Shown here: in pieces, positions 38,115-50,060 of the stretch
Layout of the letters: every line of letters starts with the position of its first letter
How positions within the stretch are numbered: position 1 is the stretch's first letter
From: Ranitomeya imitator
Taxonomy: Eukaryota
Direction of reading: 5' to 3'
NCBI RefSeq assembly: GCF_032444005.1
Contig: NC_091284.1
Coordinates: 767,498,001-767,562,000, forward strand
DNA length: 64,000 bases
Position numbers and translations under genes: made by a program
The notes under the pieces: model-generated
The model's input: the letters and a program-made list of their open reading frames with translations, nothing else
Databases searched by the model: none
Told to the model about the DNA's origin: nothing

Positions 38115-40672
38115 AATGCACCGTACAAAACACGTCTGTGTGCGGCCCTGCTTCTATAACGCACCGTACAATACACGTCTGTGTGCGGCCCCGGTTATAT
38201 AATGCACCGTACAATACACGTCTGTGCGGCTCCGGTTATGTAATGCACCGTACAATACACGTCTGTGTGCGGCCCCGGTTATATAACGCACCGTACAATA
38301 CACGTCTGTGTGCTGCCCCGGTTATATAATGCACCGTACAATACACGTCTGTGTGCGGCCCCGGTTATATAATGCACCGTACAATACACTTCTGTGTGTG
38401 GTCCTGGTTATATAATGCACCGTACAATACACGTCTGTGTGCGGCCCCGGTTATATAACGCACCGTACAATACACGTCTGTGTGCTGCCCCGGTTATATA
38501 ATGCACCGTACAATACACGTCTGTGTGCTGCCCCGGTTATATAATGCACCGTACAATACACGTCTGTGTGCTGCCCCGGTTATATAATGCACCGTACAAT
38601 ACACTTCTGTGTGTGGTCCTGGTTATATAATGCACCGTACAATACACGTCTGTGTGCGGCCCCGGTTATATAACGCACCGTACAATACACGTCTGTGTGC
38701 TGCCCCGGTTATATAATGCACCGTACAATACACGTCTGTGTGCTGCCCCGGTTATATAATGCACCGTACAATACACTTCTGTGTGTGGTCCTGGTTATAT
38801 AATGCACCGTACAATACACGTCTGTGTGCGGCCCCGGTTATATAACGCACCGTACAATACACGTCTGTGTGCTGCCCCGGTTATATAATGCACCGTACAA
38901 TACACGTCTGTGTGCGGCCCCGGTTATATAATGCACCGTACAATACACGTCTGTGCGGCCCCGGTTATATAACGCACCGTACAATACACGTCTGTGTGCG
39001 GCCCCGGTTATATAACGCACCGTACAATACACGTCTGTGTGCGGCCCCGGTTATAGAATGCACCGTACAATACATACACGTCTGTGTGCGGCCCCGGTTA
39101 TATAACGCACCGTACAATACACGTCTGTGTGCAGCCCCGGTTATATAATGCACCGTACAATACACGTCTGTGTGCGGCCCCGGTTATATAATGCACCGTA
39201 CAATACACGTCTGTGTGCGGCCCCGGTTATATAACGCACCGTACAATACACGTCTGTGTGCAGCCCCGGTTATATAATGCACCGTACAATACACGTCTGT
39301 GTGCAGCCCCGGTTATATAATGCACCGTACAATACACTTCTGTGTGTGGTCCTGGTTATATAATGCACCGTACAATACACGTCTGTGTGCGGCCCCGGTT
39401 ATATAACGCACCGTACAATACACGTCTGTGTGCGGCCCCGGTTATAGAATGCACCGTACAATACATACACGTCTGTGTGCGGCCCCGGTTATATAACGCA
39501 CCGTACAATACACGTCTGTGTGCAGCCCCGGTTATATAATGCACCGTACAATACACGTCTGTGTGCGGCCCCGGTTATATAATGCACCGTACAATACACG
39601 TCTGTGTGCGGCCCCGGTTATATAATGCACCGTACAATACACGTCTGTGTGCGGCCCCGGTTATATAACGCACCGTACAATACACGTCTGTGTGCAGCCC
39701 CGGTTATATAATGCACCGTACAATACACGTCTGTGTTCAGCCCCGGTTATATAATGCACCGTACAATACACGTCTGTGTGTGGTCCTGGTTATATAATGC
39801 ACCGTACAATACACGTCTGTGTGCGGCCCCGGTTATATAACGCACCGTACAATACACGTCTGTGTGCGGCCCCGGTTATAGAATGCACCGTACAATACAT
39901 ACACGTCTGTGTGCGGCCCCGGTTATATAACGCACCGTACAATACACGTCTGTGTGCAGCCCCGGTTATATAATGCACCGTACAATACACGTCTGTGTGC
40001 GGCCCCGGTTATAGAATGCACCGTACAATACATACACGTCTGTGTGCGGCCCCGGTTATATAACGCACCGTACAATACACGTCTGTGTGCAGCCCCGGTT
40101 ATATAATGCACCGTACAATACACGTCTGTGTGCGGCCCCGGTTATATAATGCACCGTACAATACACGTCTGTGTGCGGCCCCGGTTATATAACGCACCGT
40201 ACAATACACGTCTGTGTGCAGCCCCGGTTATATAATGCACCGTACAATACACGTCTGTGTGCAGCCCCGGTTATATAATGCACCGTACAATACACTTCTG
40301 TGTGTGGTCCTGGTTATATAATGCACCGTACAATACACGTCTGTGTGCGGCCCCGGTTATATAACGCACGTATAATACACATCTGTGTGCTGGCCGGGTT
40401 ATATAACGCACCGTACAATACACGTCTGTGTGCGGGCCGGGTTATATAATGCACCGTACAATACACATCTGTGTGCGATCCCGGTTATATAATGCACCGT
40501 ACAATACACGTCTGTGTGCGGGCCGGGTTATATAATGTACCATATAATACACGTCTGTGTGCGGCCTCGGTTATATAATGACCAGTACAATACACGTCTG
40601 TGTGCGGCCTCGGTTATATAATGATCAGTACAATACACGTGTGTGTGCGGGCCGGGTTATATAATGTACCAT
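38115..40672. repeat. 43-bp minisatellite, about 59 copies, in MTIF3 intron
   Basis: Unit ATGCACCGTACAATACACGTCTGTGTGCGGCCCCGGTTATATA; period 43 (38161 to 38204). Confidence 0.96.
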
Positions 40673-40698
40673 ACATTTATATATTCTTCATTCCGCAG

Positions 40699-40853
40699 GT
40701 CCCGTCCAGATCAAGGAGATGTCCTTTCTCGCCAGCATTTCCCATCATGATTTACATGTGAAAAGGAAACAGATTATCCATTGGATTGAGAAGAAGCATC
40801 ATGTACGGATCACGGTCCTGAACAGTCGCATTGCAAATGGGCCAGACAAGCTG
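40699..40853 (+). CDS. MTIF3: MTIF3 coding exon 2 (155 bp)
   Basis: ttccgcag|GT CCC GTC ... AAG CTG|gtaagt; (G)PVQIKEMSFLASISHHDLHVKRKQIIHWIEKKHHVRITV (IF3 C-domain). Confidence 0.92.
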
Positions 40854-41367
40854 GTAAGTGGGGCCGCGGTCAGAGGACCTGTTAGCGGGTCAGATGGGCC
40901 CAGTTTTTGGTTTTCTTTTATTCCCGCTGCTTTCCTGAGTATTCTGCTGGTGTTCTTTTTTTAATCCTCCAGTTCGGAAGATACGGGCCTTTACACTTTG
41001 TTCTCTTTTTTATGGTCTTACTCAGAGGGGAATAATGCAGAATAGAGACCATGTAATGTAAAGGCCATAAACATTAGAATGTTATAAAAAGACCCCTATC
41101 TCCAGAACCGTATGGAAAATTTATATAAGAAAAACAAACCGAAAAATGCAATGCCCAGCGGAACAGCAGGAATAAACTGTCCACTATGATCAGGGTAATA
41201 TGCCTCGCCGCTCATGCTCCGGGGTCTCCCAGAGGAGCATAGTGCTGATCCTACAAGATTCGGCTGACTGCTTCTATGTGTATGGAGGGCTTACAGGAAC
41301 ACTGCCGGCATAAAGTAAGAAAGAATAGATGTTGTAATAAGCTTCTCCTTTTGTGATTCCCTCTCAG

Positions 41368-41589
41368 GACGTTTTGCAGCAAATGATAGAAAGCATGGTG
41401 GCTTGTTCTACATGTATGGTCCAACCAAAGGAAAGGAAAGATGGCAGAGCCATGATCTGTGTCCTGCGGCCACTGTCTGACAAGGAAATGCAGAAACGCA
41501 AAACGGAACAACCGGGACAGGAAAAGCGAGGAGACAGCGCTCCTATAGAGACGCCCGAGACAAAGGACAACCATGGACCAAGCCCATGA
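41368..41589 (+). CDS. MTIF3: MTIF3 coding exon 3 (last)
   Basis: ccctctcag|GAC; includes GRAMICVLRP (compare human GKALMCVLR). Total 484+155+222 = 861 nt = 286 aa plus stop. Confidence 0.9.
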   Translation, partial: DVLQQMIESMVACSTCMVQPKERKDGRAMICVLRPLSDKEMQKRKTEQPGQEKRGDSAPIETPETKDNHGPSP

Positions 41590-41615
41590 GGGGCACACGG
41601 TTCTGGCCTCAGCCT

Positions 41616-41621
41616 ATTAAA
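41616..41621 (+). terminator. Candidate MTIF3 polyadenylation signal ATTAAA
   Basis: ATTAAA 27 nt after the stop codon, followed by T-rich sequence. Confidence 0.55.
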
Positions 41622-42612
41622 GAGAGCTTTAATTTTCATTATTATTATTTACTCTTCTTAATTTACCAATAGGTGACACTTGTTGGGTCCTTGTCCATGA
41701 AATCCCACCAGTATTATTTAGTAATACATTTTAGTGGTCTTCCGACCGCCTAGTCACATTATGTCGGGGAAGAGAAGGGTCGAGGAGTTGGAATTTCCAT
41801 TCTCGGTCCTGTTGTTTTCAGCGGAGATGAGCAGCAGATAGAAGAGTCTGGCAGCATCTTTCTTCTCTCTCCCCATTGAAAACACAAGATCTCAGCCTGG
41901 ACAGATGGCTGAAGAAATGTTGGGCTTACAACCAGCTCATGTGAATGGCCAGCTTATCTGTCTGACCGCTCTTTTTCCTTAGTTTCTCTATAATATGTGT
42001 TTTATCCTTGGTATGAAATTTGCCTCTTCAGTGAAATCTAGATCCACCTATTGGGAAGTTGCAGTCCTAAAACGTCAATATCGACCCTTTAATGAACCTT
42101 GCCGCATGACTTAGGATTAAAGCCAAACCAAAATCTCAATATGCAGACACGTGTTTCGGTAGATTTTCCCCCACTGAGTGCAAAGTATGAGATCTGATTT
42201 GGCTGTGGAGTCTAAACGTTTCTCCCTGTGGATTGTGGCATGCCAGGGTAAGGAGACTTCTATGCCCTGCACTGAGACTCTTGTTTGACTTTTATCCTAA
42301 GACAAGGCTTGTTAAAGGGCCAATAATGACTTTATTTCCAATAGGCCAGTTATTTTCCTCTCTGAAGAGACAGTTTGCATATTTAATTTTCCAAAGGAGC
42401 ATTGCACAGCCTATAAGTCTCCTTACACTGGCATGTAACTTGCCACAAGGAAAAACATTAACCATGGTATACATACCATGCAGCCATGTTCTTGATTTGG
42501 GGGGCCATGGAGAAAGTTGTCCCAATCCTGATTGGTCTTATGCTCTTTGCTACTGGGTGGCGAAATGTCCATGGTCAACAAGGGTATAGCATGGATCCAA
42601 AGGTTATGGAAA

Positions 42613-42902
42613 TGTTACAAATGTAGTATAGTTCTTCTGATTTGCTATGTCTCTTTCCTCATGTGCAAGCATTGCAGGACCTTGGGCATACATGGTTACG
42701 ACCATTAGCAACAAGTTGTCACTTTATCAGTGGTTGGAACAATGGATACCTAAGGTCCTGCAATGCCTGCACATGAGGAAAGAGACATAGTGAATCAGAA
42801 AAACTATACTACATTTCTAATTGGAGGTATTTGCTAATATTTTTAATATTACACACCTACCACGTATTGGGATAGAATCTGGACGATGGACACCCCTTTT
42901 AA
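42613..42902. mobile_element. Palindromic T2-type MITE
   Basis: Inverted arms CTATGTCTCTTTCCTCATGTGCA / TGCACATGAGGAAAGAGACATAG; right end GGACACCCCTT|TTAA. Confidence 0.6.
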
Positions 42903-43379
42903 ATGACAGCCAGCGAGAAAATATTTACCGTCCCGTGGACGTTTGATAGCCTGTTTACACAGGTAGACCGCACTCAACGATGCACCCTTAGATCATTGAG
43001 TGCCCATAGGCTTCCCTTGTTCTCGGCGGCGCCAGTCCTCTTTTTCACAGGACGATGTGCTGCAAGAATCTTTTGTGCATCAGAAAAATAATTTCACCTG
43101 AGAAATGAGCGTTTTGCTCGTTTGTTGGGTTATTAACATTGCCTGTTTACACTGAACAATTATCGTGAAGCGAGTGCTCCTAGAAATGCTAGTTCACGAT
43201 AATCGGTCGGTGTAAATGCGGCTCAACATCTCTGGGCCTTTATCAGTTCAAAATTGGCCTAAAGGGAATATCCCATAAAAAGTATTCATCACCTATTCAC
43301 TGGATTGGTGCTAAATGTATTATCAGTGAGACCCCCAGCACTAGGCTGCTAGATCACTAGAGCCCCATTGAACTACCGC

Positions 43380-44260
43380 AGTGGGCGGGGGTTGTGGGGA
43401 CAACATACTGTGTGGGGAGGCAGTGTTGGTGACTGTGGGAGCATAATATTGTGTGTGGGAGGGTTGTGGGGTCATCATTCTGCATGTGGGCGGGCATTGT
43501 GGGGTCAACATACTGTGAGTGGGAGGGTTGTCAGAACATCATACTTTGTGGTTGCCATCATACTGTGTGGGGAGACAGTGTTGGTGACTGTGGGAGCATA
43601 ATATTGTGTGTGGGAGGGTTGTGGGGCCATCATTCTGCATGTGGGAGGGCGTTGTGGGGTCAACATACTGTGAGTGGGAGGGTTTGTCAGAACATCATAC
43701 TTTGTGGGGGCCATCACACTGTGTGGGGAGGCAGTGTTGGTGACTGTGGGAGCATAATACTGTGGGTGGGAGGGTTGTAGGGCCATCATTCTGCATGTGG
43801 GCGGGCGTTGTGGAGTCAACATACTGTGAGTGGGAGGGTTGTCAGAACATCATACTTTGTGGGGGTCATCATATTGTGTGGGGAGGCAGTGTTGGTGACT
43901 GTGGGAGCATAATACTGTGTGTGGGAGGGTTGTGGGCCATCATTCTCCATATGGGCGGGGGTTGTGGGGACAACATACTGTGTGTGGAAGGGTTTGTCAG
44001 AACATCATACTTTGGGGGCCATCATACTGTGTGGGGAGGCAGTGTTGGTGACTGTGGGAGCATATTACTGTGTGTGGGAGGGTTGTGGGGCCATCATTCT
44101 GCATGTGGGCGAGGGTTGTAGTGACAACATACTGTGTGAGAGGTATCATACTGTGTATGTGGGACGGTTGTGGGGACATCATACTGTGTGTGGGCGGGGG
44201 TTGTGGGGACAGTATACTATGTGAGAGGCATCATACTGTATGTGTGTGGGGATATGTGTG
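43380..44260. repeat. ~155-bp tandem repeat built from ~31-bp subunits
   Basis: CAGTGTTGGTGACTGTGGGA recurs at 43421, 43576, 43732, 43887 and 44040; the array decays toward 44260. Confidence 0.88.
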
Positions 44261-45205
44261 GAAGGCTGTTGGGGAGTAATATGGTGTGGGGGTAACTAGG
44301 GACATCATACTGTATAGGAGCAGCTGATGATCAAGGTACAAGGGCTGTATAACAGGAGCATTAGGATTTATAAAATAGCAGTAACTTATTTGGTTGTGAT
44401 TAGCTTCTACTGCTAAGAACACAAGTCACAATAAAACCTTGTATTAGCAGCTAGTCAGCATACTTCATTCTGCTCAATATTCGGTAATAAAATATTAAAT
44501 TACAATACTATGTTAATATTGATTTTAGCCTATTGATTCGGGCCTCCACAACAGTCACGGCCCCTCAGGAAAATCCCCAGCCCCCATCATAGAGAGCTTC
44601 CCTGTTTAGGACCTGGCTATAAAAGCTAGGGCAGGAAGCCACCATAATGAGGATCCTCCTCATCTGTGCATTATATGGCGGTGTATTTGTGAGGGCCTAA
44701 TCTCAGTTCCTCTATGGACGCCACATATTTCTTCCACTCAGTTCGCTGCAGTGGTTACCATGGGAACCTGCCAAACAATCATCATGTCCACCACCACGTA
44801 AGGGCCGACACTGATGTAATCCCGCATATGTAATACTGTGTACACACCGAGGACTAGAGAGGAGCCATTCACTGCCTCATCAATCCTGCTTACAGCGCTC
44901 CAACATAAAGATATAAAATTAACGGGTACGTTGTCGTGTTTTCAGTAAGGCGTCGTTCCCACAGTGAGGATTTAGTGAGTTTTTCAGGTTGCAGATTTTG
45001 CACCTATTATTAGGTTACTGGCAGTTTTTTCACATTTTTGAATCTGCATTTTTTTGTCTTTTTGGTGTCCTGCTTGAAATAAAGCCTCTTTGTGTTTGGT
45101 ACTTTCTAGTATTTGGCTTTCACAAAACGTTACTTATTCAGCCGGATTACATGTGCCTTTAAAATACCCAAAAATTAAAGACCAAACTCATCATATGGTA
45201 TACTT

Positions 45206-45392
45206 CCAAAATAATAATAATAATTTTATTTATATAGCGCCAACATATTCCGCAGCGCTTTACAAATTATAGAGGGGACTTGTACAAACAATAGACATTA
45301 CAGCATAACAGAAATCACAGTTCAAAACAGATACCAGGAGGAATGAGGGCCCTGCTCGCAAACTTACAAACTATGAGGAAAAGGGGAGACAC
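45206..45392 (-). mobile_element. 3' tail of an L2-type LINE
   Basis: (AAT)n tail followed by TTTATTTATATAGCGCCAACATATTCCGCAGCGCTTTAC, the reverse complement of the tail shared with the V-SINEs. Confidence 0.7.
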
Positions 45393-45397
45393 GAAAT

Positions 45398-46249
45398 TAC
45401 ATGAATCCAAAAAAGAAGGGAAGTACAAGGCCAAAGAGTAAAATTTAAGATATTTTATTCACAATAAATTAAAATCCAAATTCATCAACATACATACATA
45501 CATAAGGGCCTCAAACAAGGCCAAGTGAGCTCCAAGCAACCCAGAATACAAACAATGATATGCAAAATCCTAACGGCAAAAAAAGCCAGATAGTTTCAAT
45601 ATATGTTACATATAGGTGAATCAGCAGGCTCTGGATTTGTAAAGAATAAGTTTCATAATAATTGCACAAAAATGCCTATAAGATCAGGAAAATACCATGT
45701 TAATTACCTGCGTTAGTGTGGATTGCAAGGAGAGGGTAAACCCCGACGCGCGTTTCGCACGTAGCTTCTTCCTGGGGGTCGCAGGTAATTAACATGGTGT
45801 TACTGCCTTTCTATTATTTACATTGGCACTTGAATGGTTTTTTTGTGCCTACAATTACTTTGCTATGACGCGCTTGCACCTTACTAGAAGTCATTTTTGG
45901 CCCTTATATGATCTCCTTTAACTATGCACTCATAATTTTGGAGCCTGTGCACTTGCACTTTAACAAATGGTATTTTCCTGATCTTATAGGCATTTTTGTG
46001 CAATTATTATGAAACTTATTCTTTACAAATCCAGAGCCTGCTGATTCACCTATATGTAACATATATTGAAACTATTTGTTTTTTTTGCCGTTAGGATTTT
46101 GCATATCATTGTTTGTATTCTGGGTTGCTTGGAGCTCACTCTGCCTTGTTTGAGTCCCTTGATAAATTTTGATTTTAATTTATTGTGAATAAAATATCTT
46201 AAATTTTACTCTTTTGGCCTTGTACTTCACTTCTTTTATGGATACATGT
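45398..46249. repeat. Long inverted repeat (~300-bp arms) around a Penelope-type terminal motif
   Basis: 45398-45700 is the near reverse complement of 45966-46249; the centre contains CCCCGACGCGCGTTTCG. Confidence 0.8.
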
Positions 46250-47289
46250 GCCTTTAGTACATTTCCACAGCACAAACACACTAGAAATTAATATATGCGT
46301 TTCTTTAGATGCGGATTTTCTGCTACGTTCCCACGATGAGCATTACCACTGCTTCACAGACGCAGCGTCTCACACTTCCAGCAAAGTGGATGGGATTCAC
46401 AGGAACCTCGTGCCCACGTGATTTTTTTTTTTTTTTAACTCAGCGAAAACTGATCCGTGACATATCAATTTACCGTACCACTCGAGTACTCTGAGTTTTA
46501 TGTGCAGATTTTTTCCCATAGCCTTACTAGATGCAGAAAATTGCATTTTTAGTGTGCTTCGGCACCAGATATGCATAAAAAAGGCATGTAATCAGCACAT
46601 GACTGAATCAATAACGTTTTGTCAAAGCCAAATACCAGAAAATATAAAAAAAAAAAGACAACTTCAAACATGACATACCAAGAAGAGACAAAGAAACAAA
46701 ACAAAAATACATTTAACCCCTTAGTGACAGAGCCAATTTGGTACTTAATGACCAGGCCAATTTTTGCAATTCTGACCACTGTCACTTTATGAGGCTATAA
46801 CTCTGGAACGCTTCAACGGATCCCGCTGATTCTGACATTGTTTTTTCGTGACATATTGTACTTCATGTTAGTGGTAACATTTCTTCGATATTACTTGCGA
46901 TTATTTATGAAAAAAACGGCAATATGGCGAAAATTTTTAAAATTTTGCAATTTTCAAACTTTGTATTTTTATGCCCTTAAATCAGAGAGATATGTCACGA
47001 AAAATAGTTAATAAATAACATTTCCCACATGTCTACTTTACATCAGCACAATTTTGGAAACAAAATTTTTTTTTGTTAGGGAGTTATAAGGGTTAAAAGT
47101 TGACCAGCAATTTCTCATTTTTACAACACCATTTTTTTTTAGGGACCACATCACATTTGAAGTCATTTTGAGGGGTCTATATGATAGAAAATAACGAAGT
47201 GTGACACCATTCTAAAAACTACACCCCTCAAGGTTCTCAAAACCACATTCAAGAAGTTTATTAACCCTTTACGTGCTTCACAGGAACTG

Positions 47290-49140
47290 AAACAATGTGG
47301 AAGGAAAAAATGAACATTTAACTTTTTTTTGCAAACATCTTAATTCAGAACCATTTTTTTTATTTTCACAAGTGTAAAAACAGAAATGTAACCATAAATT
47401 TTGTTATGCAATTTCTCCTGAATACGCCAATACCCCATATGTGGGGGTAAACCACTTTTTGGGCGCACCGCAGAACTTAGAAGTGAAGGAGCGCCGTTTG
47501 ACTTTTTCAATGCAGAATTGGCTGGAATTGAGATCGGACGCCATGTCACGTTTAGAGAGCCCCTGATGTGCCAAACAGTGGAAACCCCCCACAAGTGACA
47601 CCATTTTGGAAACTAGACCCCTTAAGGAACTTATCTAGATGTGTGGTGAGCACTTTGAACCCCCAAGTGCTTCACAGAAGTTTATAATGTAGAGCCGTGA
47701 AAAAAAAAAAAAATCGCATTTTTTCTACAAAAATGATATTTTTGCCCACAAGTTTTTATTTTCACAAGGGTAACAGGAGAAATTAGACCACAAAAGTTGT
47801 TCTGCAATTTCTCCTGAGTACGCTGATACCCAATATGTGGGGGTAAACCACTGTTAGGGCGCACCGCAGAGCTTGGAAGAGAAGGTTTTACTTTTTCAAT
47901 GTAGAATTGGCTGGAATTGAGATTGGACGCCATGTCGCGTTTGGAGAGCCCCTGATGTGCCTAAACAGTGGAAACCCCCCACAAGTGAAACCATTTTGGA
48001 AACTAGACCCCTTAAGGAACTTATCTAGATGTGTGGCGAGCACTTTGAACCCCCATGTGCTTCACAAGTTTATAACGTAGAGCCGTGAAAAAAAAAAAAT
48101 TGCATTTTTTCTACAAAAATGATCTTTTTGCCCACAAATTTTTATTTTCACAAGGGTAACAGGAGAAATTAGACCACTAAAGTTGTTCTGCAATTTCTCC
48201 TGAGTACGTTGATACCCAATATGTGGGGGTAAACCACTGTTTGGGCGCACCGCAGAGCTTGGAAGAGAAAGAGTGCCGTTTTACTTTTTCAATGTAGAAT
48301 TGGCTGGAATTGAGATCGGACGCCATGTCGCGTTTGGAGAGCCCCTGATGTGCCTAAACAGTAGAAATCCCCCACAAGTGACCCCATTTTGGAAACTAGA
48401 CCCCCCATGGAACTTATCTAGATGTGTGGTGAGAACCTTGAATGCCCAAGTGCTTCACAGAAGTTTATAATGCAGAGCCGTGAAAATAAAAAATATATTT
48501 TTTTCCACAAAAAAGATTTTTTAGCCCCCAAGTTTTTATTTTCACAAGGGTAACAAAAGAAATTGGACCCCAAAAGTTGTTGTCCAATTTGTCCTGAGTA
48601 TGCTGGTACCCCATATGTGGGCGTAAACCACTGTTTGGGCGCACGGCAGAGCTCGGAAGGAAGGAGCGCCGTTTTGGAATGCAGACTTTGATAGAATGGT
48701 CTGCGGGTATTATGTTGCGTTTGCAGAGCCCCTGATGTACCTAACCAGTAGAAACCCTCCACAAGTGACCCCATTTTGGAAACTAGACCCCCCAAGGAAC
48801 TTATCTAGATGTGTGGTGAGAACTTTGAATGCCCAAGTGCTTCACAGAAGTTTAGAATGCAGAGTCGTGAAAATAAAAAATATTTTTTTTTCCACAAAAT
48901 AGATATTGTAGCCCCCAAGTTTTTATTTTCACAAGGGTAACAGGAGAAATTGGATTGCAATAGTTGTTGTCCAATTTATCCCGAGTACGCTGATGCGCCA
49001 TATGTGGGGGTAACCCACTGTTTGGGCGCACGGCAGAGCTCAGAAAGGAGGGAGCACCATTTGACTTTTTGAGCGCAAAATTGGCTGTCGTGTTTGGAGA
49101 CCCCCTGATGTACCTAAACAGTGGAAACCCCCCAATTCTA
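47290..49140. repeat. ~390-bp tandem repeat, about 5 units, inside the piggyBac-like element
   Basis: Homologous anchor at 47412, 47808, 48194, 48588 and 48975 (periods 386-396). Confidence 0.9.
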
Positions 49141-50060
49141 GCTCCAACCCTAACCCCAACACACCCCTAACCCTAATCCCAACCTGATCCATAATCCTAA
49201 TAACTAACCCTAACGATAATCCCAACCCTTACCCCAAAACAACCCTAATGTCAACCCTAACCATAACCCTAATCAAAACCCTAAATCCAACACAACCCTA
49301 ATCCTAATCTCAACCCTAACCTCAAACCTAACCCTAATCCCAATACACCCCTAATCACAACCCTAACCCTAATCCCAAACCTAACCCTAATCCCAAGCGT
49401 AACCCTAATGCCAACCCTAACCCTAATACCAACCCTAATCCAAACCCTAACCCTAATCCCAGCTCTAACCCTAACTTTAGCCCCAACCCTAGCCCTAACT
49501 TTAGCCCCAACCCTAACCCTAAGGCTACTTTCACACTTGCGTCGTTTGGCATCCGTCGCAATCCGTCGTTTTGGACAAGAAACGGATCCTGCAAATGTGC
49601 CCGCAGGATGCGTTTTTTGCCCATAGACTTGTATTGCCGACGGATCGTGACGGATGGCCACACGTCGCGTCCGTCGTGCACTGGATCAGTTGTATTTTGG
49701 CGGACCGTCGGCACAAAAAAACGTTCAATGAAACTTTTTTTGTACGTCGCATCCGCCATTTCTGACCGCGCATGCGTGGCCGTAACTCCACCCCCTCCTC
49801 CCCAGGACATAGATTGGGCAGCAGATGCGTTGAAAAACTACAGCTGCTGCCCACGTTGTGCACAATTTTCACAACGTGCGTCGGTATGTCGGGCCGACGC
49901 ATTGCGACGGCCCCGTACCGACGTAAGTGTGAAAGAAGCCTAACCCTAAATTTAGCCCCAACCCTAACCCTAAATTTAGCCCCAACCCTAACCCTAAATT
50001 TAGCCCCAACCCTAGCCCTAACCCTACCTCTAACCCTAACCCTACCCCTAATTTTAGCCC
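49141..50060 (+). repeat. Degenerate telomere-like (TAACCC)n tract, interrupted by a MITE
   Basis: CCCTAA hexamers with variants and 24-bp AACCCTAACCCTAA(C/A)TTTAGCCCC units on both sides of 49523-49940. Confidence 0.85.
49523..49940. mobile_element. PIF/Harbinger-type MITE
   Basis: TAA|GGCTACTTTCACACTTGCGTC ... GACGTAAGTGTGAAAGAAGCC|TAA; a partial second copy lies at about 52125-52408. Confidence 0.88.

Noticed and set aside
41700-42600. GTF3A terminal exon expected tail-to-tail with MTIF3
   Set aside because: Minus-strand frames I translated near 41.7-42.0 kb contain stops and no TFIIIA-like RSLASRL or zinc-finger motif; TBLASTN is needed to exclude a divergent copy.
49141-50060. True telomere or chromosome-fusion site
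   Set aside because: The repeats are highly degenerate, in a single orientation with no head-to-head junction, and enclosed within transposon TIRs.
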